A DNA stretch of 64,000 nt from Balanoglossus misakiensis (taxonomy: Eukaryota > Animalia > Hemichordata): contig CM082579.2 in NCBI GenBank assembly GCA_040954595.2, forward strand, positions 13,331,834 through 13,395,833, read 5' to 3'. Each line of letters begins with the position of its first letter. The first letter of the stretch is position 1. A model generated the notes under the pieces. The model made no database searches. It was given only the letters and a program-made list of their open reading frames with translations, and was not told where the DNA came from. This document shows positions 57,880 to 64,000 of this stretch, in pieces. The translations under genes were made by a program, and so were the position numbers.

Positions 57880-59655
57880 GATTGGCCATGTACCAGTCAA
57901 TGGTAAAATATATTTGCCTAGTGATTTTATTGAATATATAGATGGTTATGCTCGCAAATATACAATTCTGTATTTCATAAGTAACCTGAATGGATCCTGC
58001 CAACGTCACAAGTAACCCGAATGAATCCTGCCCACGCCTATAGCCCAAGGCCTCATATTCTGCACTTTAAGCTTTTTTGCTATCAATATTTTTTCTTGAC
58101 AGGTGACGAACTCGGTAACAATGGCAACACTTTCATGGTTCTAGTCCTAGGCTTTTTCGCTGCATATCTGGCTGTGCATATTGTGTTGGTCCTCGGGATT
58201 TCGCGTTTTGTAAGAAACCTAGACCCTGCTCCGAAGTTGCAAAATGACACATAGATTACTGTTCTGGCTTTGAGCTTTATCCATGTTATTGACTCAATGA
58301 TCGAATGCAAAATATTATTTATGATTGCTAGTTAGGTTTTTCTTACAGTAAGCGCAACACTGTCGCTTTATTACATTTAATAATTAAGATTAAGCTAAAT
58401 AAATAAAGTCTGCATTTAAACCGTATTGGAATTGAATTGTAACTACATTTATTTTTGAACAAATGTGGCACAGGTGTATTAATTATCGCAGGTTTCCAAT
58501 GTCTTGAGGACATATTCACTATAGATCTAGGTAGTTATTATGTGCACATGCGTACATTCAACTACTGGAGGATATCTTTTTGGACTAACTGTAATACCTG
58601 TGCTGTATTGTGTTGTGTTTGTCTGTACAATGTGCCACATAAATGTGATAATTGATTGAATATATTTGGAATATGGATGGATATGATCGGAATTATTTGA
58701 TTATAATTAGTGTTATTTTAATAAACGTATATACTTTAGTTCGCTATGACTTCAAACCTGTGTTGTTGTTTTTTTTCCTGGAACGGAATTCGAAATACCG
58801 CCCATGGCAGCAGTTGATGGTTGTGAGGTAATTGCAATAGTTCTGTTTGTCCCCATGGCCATGTTCCAGTGGGGCGTACAAATTTCGGTCTGTCCTTCCT
58901 TCACATGCGGAGATGAATTTCATTCAAATCTTGCAACACAAATGTCTATAGTGCTGCATGTTTATCATGAATGTCAGAGTAAACACGACGGATGTTAATG
59001 AGACAGCTGTTTTGCCTGGAGATTTAACTATTGATGCAGATGTGGCGATGGTTTCATAGCCAGGCGCTCAATAGACGATGTTGATTCGGATAGTGATGAA
59101 GAACATTCCTCTCAGATTAAAAATGTGAAGCAGTTGAGTCTGAAGACGAATTTACAGAACTGCAAACTTCCTCGGATGAGAACACATTACTTAAAATAAG
59201 ATGCAAAAGTAATTAATGCAACCATCAATATGAGTAAGGCTATTTACGAAAATATCTCGGTCAATGTCAATGTTATTCTTAACTCAGGTCCTAAGCATAC
59301 TGAGTGGAGAGTGATTCTGATCAAAGTGTTTCCACTCATTTCATGAACAAAATACCGAATCTGAACAAACGCCCCGGTTACAATCTCTTAACGTACCGAT
59401 ATAACTGATTGCTTTTCTTCATAATATAAGGTCACTCAAAAATCTTGTCAGTATCATCGTCTGTGCATTGGAGCAAAAGAAGTCAGGCATGGAGCTGCTT
59501 GAAGAAAACCTTCTGCTGGACTCGTCCTTCCACACCAACGTCCTCTGTGAAGATAGCACCCAATCAGAGAAGTACTAGACTTATTATTTTGTGCTGCAGA
59601 AATCTGCACTTATGTCCGTCGAAAATACATTCACCGAAGCGAACCAAGCAGGCAT

Positions 59656-60228
59656 ATGCCTCTAGCTCCCTGTCTAGACGCTTTTAAGGGGAAACTGCAG
59701 ACTTACTTGTTTAAGGATGTACGCGCAGAACATAAACCGGAAACACTGCACACCCGGTCTTTTTCCCATAGCATTACATTGATAATCGCCAGAAAACAAA
59801 CTTCTACTATTGTCATTTTCACGAAATCTTACACATAGCTCAGTCCAGCAAATATAAATTCATTGGTCAAATATAAAATATAGGGGTCACCGCGCTCTAT
59901 TTTGAGATAAATTGCGTTAAAAAATTTGCCCATAGACAAACCATTGGTGAAAAATGCTGAGTCAGCAGATTTCTTCTATTATCGACCAAATTCATGGCTC
60001 TGTATTTCAAAAACAAGCGCGGTGACCCCTATATTTTATTACGGATTTTCATTATACATACAAAGGAGAATAAAAAAATCCACAATTAAAAAAATGACAA
60101 TACTTTCAATTTTACTGAACGTACATCCTTAAAAAAGCCTACAGTGTGTGAACAACCATCGGGCGCCACAGAACCGTACTCTGGATATTGGCGCCATATA
60201 AATGTTTTCGATTGATTGATTGACTGAT
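59656..60228 (+). mobile_element. L2-like LINE 3' fragment split by a MITE
   Basis: After MITE removal it reads LDAFKGKLQTYLFKKAY, resembling an L2 ORF2 C-terminus. It is followed by TTGGCGCCATATAAAT and (ATTG)n. Confidence 0.65.
59715..60128. mobile_element. 414-bp MITE with TTAA target duplication (Kolobok-like)
   Basis: TTAA at 59711-59714 and 60129-60132; TIR GGATGTACG / CGTACATCC; internal inverted repeat ATAAAATATAGGGGTCACCGCGCT (~59872-59895 vs ~60016-60039). Confidence 0.85.
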
Positions 60229-61276
60229 AGCTCCCATTACAGATATTTCAAAAAGTACACCATGTACTCCATCAGGCAGTAAGGTCAATTTGGATGAGTT
60301 TTACGATCAACAGTATCCAAATTATATATTTTCAACTAGCTGCCAAACTCAAAATAAAGTACACGTAAGGAAAATTAAATACAATTACAATTAAATAAAG
60401 TTAATTTAATTAATGACATGTTATACTACATTTACTCAATAGTTCAGTCATGCTGTGCGTTTTGGCGAAAGTTTTCTTTTTAGTTTATTTTTATGTCAAG
60501 AGATTGTCAACCTTATAAGTTTGCAAAGATTTTACTAATAAAAAAAATCTTAAAAGCTAAAGGATTCGTTTTTTTCACCATCTTGTTATTATTTTTCCAT
60601 GATTTTAAAGTTTAAAAATATGTCATGTTCATGAAGAAACATTTTGGAATAATATTTGACATGGGCAGTTTTCATAATTTGCATAAATTCAATATGGTGA
60701 ACAGTATTCTTAAAAAACATATTTGGGCAGTTAACGGGTAATACGCGAGCAATTTTAGTATGTTTTATTCAAATCTACCTCTATGACATTTGGAACAATT
60801 TTGAAAAAAAAATATTTGCATTTGCACTTTATATTTTGCATAAATCCAATATGGCCGCCAAATGAATGTTTGACAGCCTATCATACTCCGACATATATAT
60901 TAAGGTTTTAGCATACAAAATATGTTGTAGCACTGTGAATATATACAAAAGAGAATGAAAAATGATTCCAAATTCAAGCATATACTGAATTTTGTCTTGA
61001 GTGGGGTCAATAAGACTGACTTTTATGGAATCAGCACCATTTTTTACATATAATTGACTTCTCAAACCTTCCTTACCAAAAATTCTGATTAACGGCACCT
61101 ATCTCCTAGGGTAGGAGCTTTATGGTAAATGAGGCTGAAAGTTTGTTTCTATGTGGAACAGAATATGATATACTGACTGGGTTTCAAATCAACACCATAG
61201 AAAATGAAAATATAAATGACTTATGTGATATGTATGAAAGCCCGTTAGGGACATTTCGTAAAGCAAAATTTTTTTT

Positions 61277-61462
61277 TATCTCGTGAGCACGAGATACTAA
61301 GTCGGGGGCACGAGATGCTAAGTCGTGAGCACGAGATACTAAGTCGTGAGCGCGAGATACTAAGTCGTGCGCACGAGATACTAAGTCGTGAGCACGAGAT
61401 ACTAAGTCGTGCGCACGAGATACTAAGTCGTGCGCACGAGATAATTATCTCGTGGTCACGAA
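61277..61462. repeat. 21-bp palindromic minisatellite TCGTG(A/C)GCACGAGATACTAAG, about 8-9 copies
   Basis: Read directly; the core TCGTGCGCACGA is palindromic. Confidence 0.92.
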
Positions 61463-61809
61463 ATAATATTGCATCTTATTGAAATGAACCTAAGGAGTCA
61501 AAAGCTTAACTGATCAACGCGGGAGGTTACGTGGCCAGAAAGTTTAATTATTATGTACATCACATTCAATGTCACCAGAAAGTCACTGCTAAATTTCAGA
61601 CTAAGGGCTTTCCAGATCTGAGTCTCGAGCATTTCATCACAATGTTTTGAATAGTGGGTAACAGTTCCTTTATATTTCAACATGGGTTTCAACTATTGTG
61701 AAATGTTGGCTTTGAAAACAAATATCACGATTTTATTCTGAGCTTGTGAAATTTATAGAGAATATTGTACAAGAATGGATTGTACAGACGAAAACACCAG
61801 TCTTTAAAA

Positions 61810-64000
61810 TCACGGCAAAATAGAAGGCGTGATGGCTAATTTGCGTTTGGGAACTTGATGGTAGGTGTGTGTGATGCCCTGCAAAGTTAAACATATAGAC
61901 AGATGGTGAACCACTTGCCCGTCAAAACCATTCAACTCGTGTAGCAGGCGAACTGCATTAAGGTAGATTTTCAAGGTACCAACATTTCTAATTGTTGCCG
62001 ATAAACACTGAACGAACAAAGCTAAACTGGTTGTGGAGGCAGGAACTGGCTTCAAACCATTGAAAATGCAAAACAGGAAGAAAGTCTTCCACTGCGAGTG
62101 AAAATTTGAAATTGTCCCATGTGCATAAGCAGCGGAAATGGTAGAGGTTCACTTTCGGTGGAATATTCTTAATCCTTTGTTGAAGGCTTCTGCTCCTGTG
62201 AAAAATGGAGAAAATACCAGTCATGAGTGAAATTGAATAATGTGCTGTCGACGTACTTTTCTGTCAATTGTTTAGCCCCTGTCAATTCTATGAATTTGGC
62301 ATGGCTACGATCATCGGTGTCCCAACGGCTGAGTATGTCTGCAATACGATTAGAAGGGCCGCTGACATGTACTGCCTTGATTTGAAACTGATATTGGGAA
62401 GCAACGAACCATATTTCCCTTGCGCATTTCAACATCTCTCGTACGACCGGAGTCAAGGACGTGAACAGTGGCTTCGTTATCTCACTGAATGATAAATTGT
62501 CTGCCCGTTAGTTGAGTGGCCCACAGTTTACATGCAACCATTACAGTCAAGAATTCTAGAATGCTGATGTGGTATTCTTTTTCACGAATGGTTTGGGGAA
62601 ATTGGCAATGGAAATACTCACCCAGAAAGGTGCCACCGGCCCCTAGTAAGCATGCATCTGTGGTAGGAAATTGGTCTGGGAACCCCCAATCCCCAGTGGG
62701 TAACATTGATATACCATTGAAATGATCTAGGTATGAGGTCCACCACAGAATATCTTTTTTGAACTCGGCATTGATATGGAAACGATGATGTTGACGTCGC
62801 AGTGTGCGCAACTTGTCTTACTAATAACCGTGAGATAAAGACCCGCCTTGGCCTGACGCAACCTGCCAGAAAGGCCAGTTTACCGATAAGGGACTGTAAT
62901 TATCTTTTATTAGACCATTTCCTAGACAACCACACATGGGGAGGTACTGTTTAGTTTCTTCAAGTTTCTGCTGTGGCACACTCATAGCCATGTCAATAGT
63001 ATTGAATTGTCGACCAAGGAAGGTCATTACTGGGGACGGGGAACAAGCTTTTCCCGATAATTCATCAAGACCAAGCTCAATAATAAGTAAATTGCCCAAT
63101 TGAGTGAATGCAAAATCAGCCTTATCGACTGATTCCGCACCAGCAAAATCATCTAAATAATTCACACAATCGCTTCCCTCCTGTTGTGATATATACCGGA
63201 CTGCATTCGTAGTGCGCTGGCATGCAATGGAGGCCATTCGTAAGCCAAAGGGCAATTTAGTGTCAAAGAAAATCATTTCTCTCCACCTGTACCCCAATAG
63301 GAAATAGTCATGCGAATCGACAGGAATTTGGCGGTAAGCCCGTTTCAAATCACGCTTGTAAAGTAAACAACCAGGGCCTTTTATTCTGATAAGCTTAGTG
63401 AGATCATCGACGCCAGGGTAAGTCAAGGAAAAAGGCCCGTCCAAATAGAAATCAGAAGGTATCCCATCATTCACTGAGTGGCCGATAGGGAAACTCAGAT
63501 CGATAACCACCCGCCGATCCGGCGAATCCTTCTTGTCAACAGTTTGAAGCGGTGATAACATAAGAGGTTTGTCAAAGGGATTGTCGTGAAAGGGCCCCAC
63601 TGACCCGCCTAGGGCTACCTCCTTAGAGATATATCTGTCTACGTGATCTGGGTACAGCACTGCTGATTTGTGGTTGGTGGAAACTGGAAGTGGGTGATGG
63701 GATAATGTGTAATTCAATGGCCATCCAAATTCTAAGAAGTCACAAACTGCATAGTCATCATACCCTTGTAGTTTAGCTCGCCAAATTGGAATGCATAGAT
63801 TTGACTGAACTGGAACGCGGCACCCTTTGTAATTGGGTAAATTTGAATTGTAAATTTTGACATGCTTTTGAATAGACAGTGAGGCTGTGGGGGACAATGG
63901 GTGTGGCCAATACTCTATTGGGATGTGAGCGCTCTGACTTTGTTCAAAATCACAATCTGCCATATGCGGATATGAAAGTGTATCTGTTGTTGAGATATGC
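61810..64000 (-). mobile_element. Decayed tyrosine-recombinase retrotransposon (DIRS order, probably Ngaro-like): RT, RNase H and the N-terminal part of YR; continues past the right edge
   Basis: RT: KRDLKRAYRQIP, LPFGLR, NYLDDF. RNase H: TDACLLGAGG, HISILE, HVSGPSNRIADILSR. Same-strand YR N-terminus: TLKIYLNAVRLLH..LQGI..KRKLAIT. It has frameshifts and stops and is truncated near 61810. Confidence 0.88.

Larger units (their letters stand above)
57109..58254 (+). pseudogene. Last two exons (57109-57616, 58103-58254) of a Ser/Thr/acidic-stalk single-pass membrane protein gene, disrupted by a short insertion
   Basis: Acceptor TTACAG at 57108, donor GTAAGT at 57617 and acceptor TTGACAG at 58102, all phase 1. 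The last exon encodes hydrophobic FMVLVLGFFAAYLAVHIVLVLGI then a stop, with AATAAA near 58400. The frame is broken at ~57393-57452. Confidence 0.55.

Noticed and set aside
60670-60870. Repeated TTTGCATAAATYCAATATGG motif ~157 bp apart
   Set aside because: Probably an old repeat remnant; no termini or TSD are identifiable.

Overview
This is eukaryotic, repeat-dominated DNA with spliceosomal GT-AG introns and animal-type transposons, probably from a marine invertebrate (inference). There are no prokaryotic genes and no CRISPR array. From left to right: (1) 1-32283 is a satellite of a 38-bp unit with an 18-bp palindrome and layered kb-scale duplications, running off the left edge. (2) ~32240-39700 is a decayed Helentron (OTU, 63-bp repeats, Zn finger, HUH Rep, PIF1 helicase, AP-type endonuclease) on the minus strand, interrupted by a TTAA-flanked MITE. 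(3) 39.9-43.9 kb holds a hairpin-bearing MITE, a 30-bp minisatellite and two HINE-like termini. (4) 43.9-50.5 kb is a ~530-bp tandem array with A/B-box-like motifs, interrupted by a 5'-truncated L1/Tx1 LINE. (5) 50.5-56.0 kb is a minus-strand gene in which each phase-0 exon encodes one ankyrin repeat. (6) Further right are a disrupted Ser/Thr-rich membrane-protein gene end, L2 tails, MITEs and a decayed DIRS/Ngaro retroelement. The main hypotheses are that the giant satellite is a tandem amplification of the adjacent Helentron's terminal hairpin, and that the ankyrin exon cassettes are diversified at binding-surface positions. All calls were made by eye and no searches were run.
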